Below are positions 1-8,720 of a stretch of 64,000 bases of DNA, one piece after another. How positions within the stretch are numbered: the stretch's first letter is position 1; every line of letters begins with the position of its first letter. The stretch covers positions 3,584,001-3,648,000 of the forward strand of contig OZ245365.1 in assembly GCA_965226495.1 (NCBI GenBank), in the 5' to 3' direction. The notes under the pieces were generated by a model. The model made no database searches and was not told the origin of the DNA. It saw nothing but the letters and a program-made list of their open reading frames with translations. Source of the stretch: Candidatus Marinacidobacterales bacterium (GTDB taxonomy: Bacteria > Acidobacteriota > Vicinamibacteria > Marinacidobacterales > DATDRI01). The position numbers were made by a program, and so were the translations under genes.

Positions 1-948
1 AACAGGACCGCCGAGCGTAATGCGGTCGAGCTGAAAATTGTCGACCATTTTCTCGGTCGTGAACTTCTCCTCGCCATCGATGGGCCACCAACCCATCAGC
101 CCCATGAAGTTCCGCATCGCCTCGGGGAGGAAACCGGCGCGGCGAAAATAGTTAATCGATGTCGGGTTCTTCCGCTTCGAGAGCTTCGACTTGTTCTTGT
201 CGTTGTTCCTCAGAAGCGGCAGGTGACAAAAGACGGGCGGCTCCCAGCCGAAAGACTCGTAGAGCTTCAGGTGTTTGGGCACCGAGTTGATCCATTCCTC
301 ACCCCGGATCACATGACTCACCGCCATCAGATGGTCGTCGACGACGTTGGCCAGGTGGTAAGTCGGAAACCCGTCCGACTTCAGGATGACTTGGTCGTCC
401 ACCGTCGCCCAATCTTTTCGGATCTCGCCACGAAGCAGATCCTGCATCACGCACTCGCCTTCTACCGGAACTTTCATTCGAACGACGAAAGGCTCCCCGG
501 CGGCGGCGCGGCGAGCCGATTCCTCGGGCGCAATCTCTCGACAGGTGCGATCGTAGCCAGGAAAGAGTTTCTTGTCCCGGTTGTCGGCTCGCATCTTGTC
601 GAGCCGCTCCTTGGTGCAGAAGCAACGGTAGGCGTCTCCGGCCTCGAGCAGCTGACCGACGTGCTGACGATAGATCTCCGTCCGCTCGCTCTGCCGGTAC
701 GGACCGTGAGGTCCCCCGATATCCGGCCCCTCATCCCACTGAAGGCCGAGCCATTTCAGCGATGCGAGTATGGCGTCCTCGGATTGCTGGGTGGAGCGGG
801 CTCGGTCGGTATCCTCGATGCGCAAGATGAAAACACCGCGCTGCTGCTTGGCGAAGACGTAGTTGAAGAGCGCTTGGTAAGCGGTACCGACATGCGGATC
901 GCCGGTCGGTGACGGTGCGACTCGAACTCGAACCGGGCGCTCGGTCAT
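1..948 (-). CDS. gltX: Glutamate--tRNA ligase (3' end runs off the window)
   Basis: Manual minus-strand translation from ATG at 948: [30 protein letters not shown]...FILRIEDTD (HIGH-like HVGT), later IRGEEW and KSKLSKR (KMSKS-like). Absent from the ORF track because it has no stop inside the window. Confidence 0.95.
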   Translation of the reverse strand, partial: MTERPVRVRVAPSPTGDPHVGTAYQALFNYVFAKQQRGVFILRIEDTDRARSTQQSEDAILASLKWLGLQWDEGPDIGGPHGPYRQSERTEIYRQHVGQLLEAGDAYRCFCTKERLDKMRADNRDKKLFPGYDRTCREIAPEESARRAAAGEPFVVRMKVPVEGECVMQDLLRGEIRKDWATVDDQVILKSDGFPTYHLANVVDDHLMAVSHVIRGEEWINSVPKHLKLYESFGWEPPVFCHLPLLRNNDKNKSKLSKRKNPTSINYFRRAGFLPEAMRNFMGLMGWWPIDGEEKFTTEKMVDNFQLDRITLGGPV

Positions 949-1232
949 GAGGCCACATTGTAGCCCAGCCGACGCGTTCCGTCCTCGGACATCAACGTAT
1001 CCGCACCTAGATCGAGGACCTCGGTCCCCGCCGGGATCACGTCCGGACCACCGACCGCGACGATGCGGTCGCCCTCTATCAAAACTGCTGCGTTCTTGAT
1101 CGGCTGCTCGCTCCTGCCATCGATGAGCTGACCGCAGAGAAGGCCCGTGCGTTTTCCCTCCGCGCCGGCAGGCCCGAGGCTCGCCACTAGCAGAGGTATC
1201 GTGAGGACTGCAAAGCGCTTGAATATGAGCAA
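945..1232 (-). pseudogene. Truncated secreted amidohydrolase (N-terminal fragment only, ~95 aa)
   Basis: TTG start with GGAGG RBS; signal peptide, then [28 protein letters not shown]...[10 protein letters not shown]; stops just before the expected PGLIDxHxH metal motif. Confidence 0.65.
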
Positions 1233-1297
1233 TGCCTCCCCTAGCGAGGTTTTATTACAGATCGCTACGTCGCCGCAAAATTTGCTATAACGCGAGA

Positions 1298-2260
1298 GTG
1301 AGTCAACTCTCCCTATTCGACGAAGGGGATACGCCGCCCACTGTGCGGGGTGTCGCTCCCTCGCCCACCCACCAAGCACTCGCCAGGAAGCTACCCAAAA
1401 ACCTCTATCTTGGCTGCTCATCCTGGTCCTTCCCGGGCTGGGAGGGTTTGGTCTACGAAGACCGGGGAAAGAAGACGGATCTGGCGCGACACGGACTCGC
1501 CGCCTACGCCACACATCCCTTGCTCACGAGTGTGGGAATCGATCGAACCTATTACTCACCTCTGTCCGCCGACGATTTCACCGACTACCGCGAAGCGGTG
1601 CCGGAGGCGTTCCGCTTCCTCGTCAAGGCCCATCAACTCTGCACGATGGCCACCTTCAAGTCTCCGACGGGGCAGTCGACCGAGAATCCGTCCTTTCTCG
1701 ATCCCAGCTATGCACGGGATGAAGTCGTCGGCCCGTACGCCGAAGGACTGAAGCAGAAGGCCGGCGTGTTGGTCTTCCAGTTCCCGCCCCAGTCGGTTGC
1801 CACCATGGGTGGCCGCGACGGCTTCGCAGAAAAGTTACACGCCTTCCTCGGGGGACTGCCCTCCGGGTTTTCTTACGCGACCGAAATCCGCAACCCGGAG
1901 CTCATGACACCGCGGTATTTCCAAGCGCTCTCGGACCAGAACGCGAGCCACTGCTATAACGTACACCCCACGATGCCGCCGCTCGACGAGCAACGGCGAC
2001 TCGCCGAAGCCTCTCGGGGCCCGGCGGTCGCGGTACGCTGGATGCTGCGACGGGATCGGGAGTACGAGACGGCCAAGGAAGAGTTCGCGCCTTTCAACCG
2101 TCTCGCGGCCGAGGACACCTCCTCGCGGCGGCAGGTGGCTGATACGATCCAGGCCTCCCCGAGGAGCCAGCCGGTGTTCGTGATCGTCAACAACAAAGCC
2201 GAAGGCTCCGCTCCGCTGAGCATATTCCGGCTCGCCGAATATCTCGCCGACTCCCAGTGA
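1298..2260 (+). CDS. DUF72 (YecE-like) protein
   Basis: LGCSSWSFPGWEG, IDRTYY, FRFLVKA, FQFPP, EIRN and VNNKAEGSAP motifs; GTG start at 1298 chosen within ORF 1232..2260. Confidence 0.88.
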   Translation: MSQLSLFDEGDTPPTVRGVAPSPTHQALARKLPKNLYLGCSSWSFPGWEGLVYEDRGKKTDLARHGLAAYATHPLLTSVGIDRTYYSPLSADDFTDYREAVPEAFRFLVKAHQLCTMATFKSPTGQSTENPSFLDPSYARDEVVGPYAEGLKQKAGVLVFQFPPQSVATMGGRDGFAEKLHAFLGGLPSGFSYATEIRNPELMTPRYFQALSDQNASHCYNVHPTMPPLDEQRRLAEASRGPAVAVRWMLRRDREYETAKEEFAPFNRLAAEDTSSRRQVADTIQASPRSQPVFVIVNNKAEGSAPLSIFRLAEYLADSQ

Positions 2261-2411
2261 TTTACGTCACAGAGCCCAATCGAGTATCCGTCCTATCATC
2301 CTGCCACCCTCGGTCGACGCCGATCGAGGTGGAGCCAGGTCTTGGCTCTGTGATATGTTCTGAGGCGCGCCCGGTTCGAGGTTGGGACAAACGCAACTTA
2401 GAGAGGCGCCC

Positions 2412-2615
2412 ATGGTCGTTTATTGTAGCTGGTGCGACCGCGAGATTCTCCCGAGCGATGGGAGCCCCAGCGCACAGCGCGAGGGGTTATGTTTAGACTG
2501 CACTCTTAATTTCATTAGTGGTCAGCCATCGGAGAGAAGACGCGGAGAGCGCCGCCGGTACTCCGCCAAGCCGGTCAGCGAAAGACGCAGCGTTAGCGAG
2601 CGCCGACGCGACTAG
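2412..2615 (+). CDS. Small protein with CxxC...CxxC zinc site and Arg-rich ERR repeats
   Basis: GAGAGG RBS, ATG 2412; CSWC...CLDC followed by ERRRGERRR and ERRSVSERRR. Confidence 0.55.
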   Translation: MVVYCSWCDREILPSDGSPSAQREGLCLDCTLNFISGQPSERRRGERRRYSAKPVSERRSVSERRRD

Positions 2616-2779
2616 CTTGACCTGGAGTTCGACTGTCATTCGCCCGCTGGAGGTGTACCCACCCTCAAATTCCCACCCCGTCTGATATAGGCCTGATCTA
2701 GCTTGACCGGGGCCCGCCCGGTGTCGTTGGACTGGACGCTCGGGCCCCCAAACAGGATAAGACCGGGACAGTGGGAACG

Positions 2780-3633
2780 ATGACCGAAACCGAACAAATA
2801 AAGGCCCTCGGTCTGAAGAACGGGGCGTTGGTCATCGAACATGTGTCGCTGCCGCCGATGCCTTCAACGAGTACGTCCCCGAAGGGCATCGGCCTGCCGA
2901 CATTCTGCTGGGCGCCAAGTCCGTCGTCGTCGCAGGCAACCCAGGGCCGACCGCCGGGGGGTGGCGATCTCCCGATCATCGAGTCATGGAAATCACCGGC
3001 TACGACTTCCGGGAGAACGTCGCGGTCCACGTCATGGCCGACTTCATCGAGAGCGAGCTTGGCTATCAAGCCATTCAAGCCCCCTCGCTCCCGACCGCTG
3101 GGCACAAGCCGCCGATGAGCATGATGCTGTCCGCGGTATTGGCAGGCTTGGGAACGCGGTCGCTGGCCGCCAACATCATCCTTCACCCGGAGTACGGGCT
3201 ACTCTACTACGCCGCCCTTATCACGACGATGCCCCTCACGCCCGATCACCGTTTGGAAAAGGACGTTTGTCCTTCTCCACCGTGCATTGAGATGTATAAG
3301 AAGCTGGGCACGACGCCCTGCATCGCAGCGTGCCCGGCGTCCGAGGAGGGGTGCCTCGACGGAAAGATTGACGAGGAAGGTCGCATCTCCTATTCCTATT
3401 ACGATCGTGAACGATGCACGTCCCGCGCTATGAACTTCGGCGTGGGCGGGCTCCAGAAGGCTCTCGTTCAAATCGTCACCGAGGATGATCGGGAAAAGAG
3501 GAAGGCCATGATTCACTCCGACTTCTTCACCCAGTCTCTGTCCTCACTTGGTTTCTACAAAGAGAGCGTTGCTCAGTGTTTCGAATGCATGCGGGTGTGC
3601 CCCGTCGGGCAACCGCATCGGAAACTCAGTTGA
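2780..3633 (+). CDS. QueG/reductive dehalogenase-like cobalamin-type Fe-S protein, paralog A (frameshifted at 2838-2842)
   Basis: Removing AACAT (2838-2842) joins MTETEQIKALGLKNGALVIGVAAADAF...EGHRPADIL...AKSVVV to ORF 2986..3633, which has AVLAGLG...HPEYG, C-x4-C-x11-CxxxCP and CxxCxxxCP. Confidence 0.75.
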
Positions 3634-4505
3634 AGACTACCGACAAGCCGGACGTTCTTGACTTAGTTGTCGCGAAGCAAGAACTCGGAACCTTCGCGCA
3701 GAAGAACGGCGCTCTCTCATTCGGCGTCGCGGCTATCGACGGTTTTGAAGATGCCCCGGAGGGTTTTCGTCCCGCCGACCTACTCCCGGGCGCCCAGAGC
3801 GTCGTGGTGGTTGGAGGTAACCCACCCCGGGCCGGCGATTGGTTGAGCCCACTCGTCGAACTCCAAGAAACGATGGGCACAAGCGAACGCACGAACGCCC
3901 TGGGTTTGAAGATCGCAAAGTTCATCGAAGCGCACTACGGCTACTACGCCTTGTTCGTGCCCCCGGGAGTTAACAAAGGAAACCGCCCTTTCTTGAGCGT
4001 CATGATGGCGGCTGAGTTAGCCGGCTGCGGCTCACGAAGTTTGGCGGGCCCGATTCTGAACACCGAATACGGCATGCTCTTCTATTCCGCCATCATCACG
4101 ACACTCCCACTTTCTCCCGATGGCCCGCTCGAAACGCCTGCTTGCCCCGCGCCGGAGTGCCTCGAGATGTGGGAAGAGCAAGCCACGACACCTTGCCTCA
4201 ATGTGTGTCCCATCGACCAGGGGGGTTGCCTTGGAGGTGAGGTGGCGGATGGCAAATTCACAGCCCGCCGATACGACCGGGCACGCTGCACGACCCGGGT
4301 TCATACCCACTGGATGCCCGGTTTCCAGAAGGCCCTGGGGGCTGCGCTCGACGAAGGCGACAAAGACAAGCGTAAGATGATCCTCTACAGCAGTTTTTTC
4401 ACTCGCTCGCTGTGGTCGCTGACCTATTCAGCGCAGAGCCAAGGTCAGTGCTACGAGTGTATTCGCGTCTGTCCCGTCGGCAAGGAATACCGGACAAAGA
4501 AGTAA
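3630..4505 (+). CDS. QueG/reductive dehalogenase-like cobalamin-type Fe-S protein, paralog B
   Basis: TTG overlaps the upstream TGA; FGVAAIDGFEDAPEGFRPADLLPGAQSVVV, AAELAGCG...EYG, CPAPEC...CLNVCP and CYECIRVCP; colinear with paralog A. Confidence 0.8.
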   Translation: MKTTDKPDVLDLVVAKQELGTFAQKNGALSFGVAAIDGFEDAPEGFRPADLLPGAQSVVVVGGNPPRAGDWLSPLVELQETMGTSERTNALGLKIAKFIEAHYGYYALFVPPGVNKGNRPFLSVMMAAELAGCGSRSLAGPILNTEYGMLFYSAIITTLPLSPDGPLETPACPAPECLEMWEEQATTPCLNVCPIDQGGCLGGEVADGKFTARRYDRARCTTRVHTHWMPGFQKALGAALDEGDKDKRKMILYSSFFTRSLWSLTYSAQSQGQCYECIRVCPVGKEYRTKK

Positions 4506-4540
4506 GGAAAAAGAGAGAAGTAGGAAAATAGGAGGCCGCC

Positions 4541-4855
4541 GTGGGGTTCTTTTTCGTCGATCCGGAAACATACAAACGGTACAAGGACGAGGTTCTCCGG
4601 CTGAGCGACTCGTTCCAGGTGAACATTCAGGAACATCTCCCCACCGAGACCCGCCGGAGGGGGCTATCCGACAAGGAGATCGCAGCCAAGCTCAACCTCG
4701 ACGAACGGGTGGTTCGAGAGGTCAGGGTTGTCGCCGAGCGCGACTATTACGATCTCGACGAATGGGAAAAGGCCATCGAGTTCAAAGACAAGGCCTGCCG
4801 CGCCTTCTCCAAAAGCGGCCTGTCCTACGTTTTCAAGAAGAGAAAGTCGAACTGA
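4541..4855 (+). CDS. Small hypothetical protein with HTH-like segment
   Basis: AGGAGG RBS + GTG; GLSDKEIAAKLNLDERVVRE resembles a helix-turn-helix. Confidence 0.75.
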   Translation: MGFFFVDPETYKRYKDEVLRLSDSFQVNIQEHLPTETRRRGLSDKEIAAKLNLDERVVREVRVVAERDYYDLDEWEKAIEFKDKACRAFSKSGLSYVFKKRKSN

Positions 4856-5048
4856 GCCCAGCCGTAGAGTCTGCAGAGGTGTAGGGTTCCGCGCCCTGAC
4901 TGAGGGGAAAACACAACGCCCGATGGGAGCCAGTCGCCAATCCCTCCCTCTATGAGCAAGATAGACAGTGGAGATGTGTGCCAGAGTCCGGCACAAGTCT
5001 TGCTATTTCCGAGGCGGGATCCAAATATCTACGGAGAGAAAGCCGGAA

Positions 5049-6083
5049 ATGTCCGACAAACCATCGCCCGACCCGACGAAACACGAGATCCTGCTCCTCG
5101 CGACCGAGAGTCAGGCCTACGCCTTCGATCTTTCTGAGACCTTCCGCATCGCGATTGGACGGCACGAAACCAACGACATCCAACTGCAATCTCGCAACGT
5201 CTCGAATCACCACGCGGAGCTATTGAGTGAGGCGGACGGTGTCCATTTGCATGACCTTCGCAGCACCAACGGAACGCACCTAAACGGGGACAAGATCCGC
5301 GAACGGGTCATCTCCAGTGGCGACAACATCCGGGTCGGCAGTCACGTCCTAACGGTGCACCTCAAACCGCGGAAAGTGGCGTGGGAAGGGGCGTCCAGGC
5401 TTTACAGCAAAGGGGCTTTCGAGATCGGTACTTCCGGCACTTTGGTTCCCGTGCGCGATAGTTCCCAACAGCCCCGAAAGACACACCCTTCGGGGAGCCC
5501 AACCGACCTGCCGCTCGCCGATCTCCTCAAGATCTTGACCTCGCTCGAACGGCTGACTCTGCTGGTCGTCCGAAACGGCGGAGCGGATGAGGCAAAGATC
5601 GTCGTGGGTAAGGGCGGGCTCCTCCACGCCGAGTGCGCTGCCGCCAAGGGGGAGAAGGCCCTTTATCGGGTTTTCCGATGGGCTCGCGCCACGTACCACA
5701 TACAAGAAGTCCCCCCCGGCTCGGACTCGATGCGCACGATAGCTCTACCCACGGATACGCTCATCGCGGAGGGTGTCCAACAGGCCGAGGGAGTGGACAG
5801 GCTCCTCGCTCAACTGCCAGAACCGAACGCCGCGCTCACGCTGAAAGAAGATTGTCCGCTCCCGCTTGCAGCCCTCTCCCCGGCGGAGATCAGCATTTAT
5901 CAAAGCCTGATCCGTTACGAAACGATCGAAAAGGTACTCGAAGCGTCTCAGCTTCCCGACTACAAGGCCCTTGGCCTCATCGAGGCGCTCGTCAGAAAGG
6001 GCGTCTTCGAAAACGCGGAAACTGCGGACGGCATGTTGGAAGGAACCAGCGTTTCCCTACCCAAAATGACCGGCTCGGCCTAG
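5049..6083 (+). CDS. FHA domain + DUF4388 (PatA-N-like) protein
   Basis: FHA motifs IGR...VSNHHA...DLRSTNGT; C-terminal LPLADLLK...GEKALYRVFRW typical of DUF4388. Confidence 0.8.
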   Translation: MSDKPSPDPTKHEILLLATESQAYAFDLSETFRIAIGRHETNDIQLQSRNVSNHHAELLSEADGVHLHDLRSTNGTHLNGDKIRERVISSGDNIRVGSHVLTVHLKPRKVAWEGASRLYSKGAFEIGTSGTLVPVRDSSQQPRKTHPSGSPTDLPLADLLKILTSLERLTLLVVRNGGADEAKIVVGKGGLLHAECAAAKGEKALYRVFRWARATYHIQEVPPGSDSMRTIALPTDTLIAEGVQQAEGVDRLLAQLPEPNAALTLKEDCPLPLAALSPAEISIYQSLIRYETIEKVLEASQLPDYKALGLIEALVRKGVFENAETADGMLEGTSVSLPKMTGSA

Positions 6084-6246
6084 CCCGAGCCTTCCGCGCC
6101 CCTGCGGGAATACTCATCCCGCAAATTTTGAGCAGTCAAAGTTACGTGTCCGCCTGCGCTTGGAGTCGTCCCACTTGGCCGACCATCCCAACAATCAGTA
6201 TGCTTGAGAGCGAAGCATAATAAGAACCAACATCCTCGGCTACTAC

Positions 6247-6940
6247 GTGCTCGGCGTCTCGATGCTCGTCGCTGGCTGCGAGGGCGGCTCCGCCCCAGGC
6301 CCCACGCCGCCTCAGACTCCCGGCCAGGTCACACTTGCTCACGTCATCGAGGCGATGTTCCTGGGCCAGGGACCGGCGTCATCGGCAAACACCTCATGCC
6401 CGGTGCGAGGAGCCTGGGCCCCCTTCGCGCGTGGAGGCGTCGTTCGAGTCATCGTCGGATCGAGTGTCACGCAACCGCAAAGAAGAGCGATGGAGCGCGA
6501 GCTGCGAGCCTTCGAGCTTGCCAGCGGTGGCTTCTTCAGGATCGTTGTCGAGGGTAGCGGCAACCCGAACCCCTGCCCCAATCCTTTCGAGGTCACGTCC
6601 GCCACTTCGAGCGACGAGGAAGTCGCAACCCTATGCGGAGCGGGTGCAGCCGGCTGTCTCGTTGCCATCCAGGCAAGCGGTCACGAGCGGATCGGTGGAA
6701 GGACCGTTCAGGGCAATCAGTTTCGCGGGCACGGTGCACGTCCACGAGTTGGGGCACGCACTCGGCCTCTGCCACGTCAACGGAGCAAGCCTGCCCAACG
6801 CGGTCATGGCCATTCCACAGCGAGGCTCTTCCGACAGCTTTGTCACCATGGAGCTTCAGGCGATCGAGGCCGTCTACGCCTCCGGCCTGGAGCCCGGGGC
6901 GACAGGAGTGGAGTTTCAGCAAGCCGGGCTCATTGACTAG
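6247..6940 (+). pseudogene. Lipoprotein matrixin/metzincin-type zinc metalloprotease, frameshifted near 6660-6720
   Basis: Lipobox LVAGC in frame 6247; HELGHALGLCH and Met-turn AVM in frame 6335. Confidence 0.65.
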
Positions 6941-7018
6941 ACTCGACAACGTGGCTTCCCTGCCTGCCACCGTCGGCGACAAGGGCCCCAGCAACGTCCT
7001 GGCGCTAGTGGCGCGCTT

Positions 7019-7408
7019 TTACGCAAGAAACTTTTGGAGCGGTTCCCAGTACATCTTTGGCCAGCCCGCTTCGAGATGGCCCTTCTCGTGCTCGGGAAAA
7101 CCCGACTGGTCGAAGACGAGCCGTGTCCCCTTGTCGTCCTCCTGGAGCTCGAATCGAACCACCGAATAAACTCCATCTTCCCAGTTCGCTGTCCGCCAGG
7201 CTTGAACGATGCGGCGATCGGGGACGAGTTCTACGTGTCGCCCAACGACCTTGTCTCCGAAGCAAGAGAAGGGCCCGCCTTCGTCTCGACTGATTTCGGC
7301 CGGCGCCCCTCCGGTTACTTCGCTAAACTGCGCGGCGTCGGTCAAAGCCTGGTAGACCCGCTTCGCCGGCGCGGGGAGCACGACTTCCTGGTGGATACGA
7401 TCGGACAT
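7019..7408 (-). CDS. SRPBCC/AHSA1 domain protein
   Basis: VYQALTD...GGPFS...ELVPDRRIVQAWR...GWPKMYW; AGGAG RBS. Confidence 0.9.
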   Translation of the reverse strand: MSDRIHQEVVLPAPAKRVYQALTDAAQFSEVTGGAPAEISRDEGGPFSCFGDKVVGRHVELVPDRRIVQAWRTANWEDGVYSVVRFELQEDDKGTRLVFDQSGFPEHEKGHLEAGWPKMYWEPLQKFLA

Positions 7409-7432
7409 TTCGGTTCTCCTTTGCGTTTGTTG

Positions 7433-7460
7433 AAATAGTTAACCATTTGGTTTACTATTT
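7433..7460. promoter_or_regulatory. Imperfect 28-bp palindrome, probable ArsR operator
   Basis: AAATAGTTAACCAT/TTGGTTTACTATTT lies between divergent SRPBCC and ArsR genes. Confidence 0.7.
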
Positions 7461-7479
7461 TCTTTCGACCATGGTACGG

Positions 7480-7848
7480 ATGTCAAGCGGCGCGGAGAGG
7501 ACGGCGAAAGCGGAAGACCGGCTAGACCGAGTCTTCCAAGCGCTCTCCGATAGAACCCGGCGCACGATGCTGGTGCGGCTGTCGAAGGGGCCAGCGATCG
7601 TGCGAGAGCTCGGAGAGCCTTTCGATATCTCCATGCCCGCCGTGTGCAAACACCTGCGAGTGCTCGAGGAGGCCAGGCTCGTGGAGCGCACCGTCGACGG
7701 GAGGGTCCACCGGTGCGTTCTCGACGCCGAGCCCTTGCGGCAGGTCGAGAAGTGGCTCGCCCACTACCGGCCGTTCTGGGCGGAGACTCTCGACGCCCTA
7801 GCGCGTTACGTGGAGCGGGGCCCGAAGAAAAGGCGGAGGCCGAAGTGA
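7480..7848 (+). CDS. ArsR/SmtB family transcriptional regulator
   Basis: LDRVFQALSDRTRR...ELGEPFDISMPAVCKHLRVLEEARLV...GR; start at 7471 or 7480. Confidence 0.9.
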   Translation: MSSGAERTAKAEDRLDRVFQALSDRTRRTMLVRLSKGPAIVRELGEPFDISMPAVCKHLRVLEEARLVERTVDGRVHRCVLDAEPLRQVEKWLAHYRPFWAETLDALARYVERGPKKRRRPK

Positions 7849-8276
7849 GTCGAACGCTGAGCCTCGTCGTGCGACGGACGATTGCTGCGTCCGCTGAACG
7901 CTTGTTCGGCGCCTGGACCGACCCCAAGCAGCTCGCCGATTGGTGGGGCCCGCTAGGAGTCACCTGCGAAGGCGCGGAAGTCGACCTGCGGGTGGGCGGG
8001 AGCTATCGCATTTCGAACCGACTCCCGGATGGCCGTGTCGTCTGGATCTCGGGCACCTACGAGATCGTGGACCCACCCAGGAAGCTCGTCTACAGTTGGC
8101 GGCTCGCTGACGCCACCGGGTCGGTAGAGCGGGTCACCGTGCGGTTCGATCCAAAGAAAGACGGTACCGAGGTAACCGTCCTTCACGAGCGCGTCGCCGA
8201 TGCCGAGACGAAGACGCAGCACGAACAGGGATGGCACGGCTGCCTCGACTCCCTCGCCAAACACCTCTCGAGCTAG
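7845..8276 (+). CDS. SRPBCC/AHSA1 domain protein
   Basis: GTGA overlap with ArsR stop; LFGAWTDP...WWGP...DLRVGGSY...PPRKLVYSW...GW. Confidence 0.9.
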   Translation: MSRTLSLVVRRTIAASAERLFGAWTDPKQLADWWGPLGVTCEGAEVDLRVGGSYRISNRLPDGRVVWISGTYEIVDPPRKLVYSWRLADATGSVERVTVRFDPKKDGTEVTVLHERVADAETKTQHEQGWHGCLDSLAKHLSS

Positions 8277-8646
8277 CCATATGGAAACCCATCCCTTGGA
8301 TTAGCGATGAGCATCGTGAACGCACTCAGCTGCGAAATACGACATTCACTCTTGACGGTTAATGACGATGACAAGCGACGCCCCAAGTTAGAGCGCCCCC
8401 AGAAACGCCCGACCCGGCTATACAGCCACCTAGCATAGTTGTAGTAGAAGCCCCCGCATTCGGCTCGATAGGCTCTCCCGCAGATTGAAAAAACGAGTCA
8501 GATTCGCTGCTCCAACTCCCATTGCGCCCCTACCTGGGGCGTCGGACAGACCTCGCTGGGGTTCTGTTCCCTGAGAGAACTCGGGCTTGGGAAAGTGTAG
8601 TTGCATACACGAAATGGGATGAATAACATCCCTTTTTGCATACTCA

Positions 8647-8676
8647 TTGCATATTTGTCGGCTACGGGGGTATAAT
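8647..8676 (+). promoter_or_regulatory. Sigma70-type promoter of the abiE locus
   Basis: TTGCAT-18 bp-TATAAT upstream of ATG 8721. Confidence 0.55.
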
Positions 8677-8720
8677 TATCTCGCGTCAAATAATCAAAAA
8701 GGGCCAAAAAGTGTCCCCTT

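Noticed and set aside
223-912. 229-aa plus-strand ORF
   Set aside because: Antisense shadow of gltX.
2708-2748. GC-rich hairpin upstream of the QueG-like genes as a cobalamin riboswitch
   Set aside because: No B12-box or other conserved cobalamin riboswitch elements recognisable.
4881-4935. TAGGGTTCCGCG resembling the 5' end of a ykkC/guanidine-I riboswitch
   Set aside because: Downstream GGTCCGAG and 3' conserved stem are missing, and the downstream gene type does not fit; a covariance-model search would settle it.
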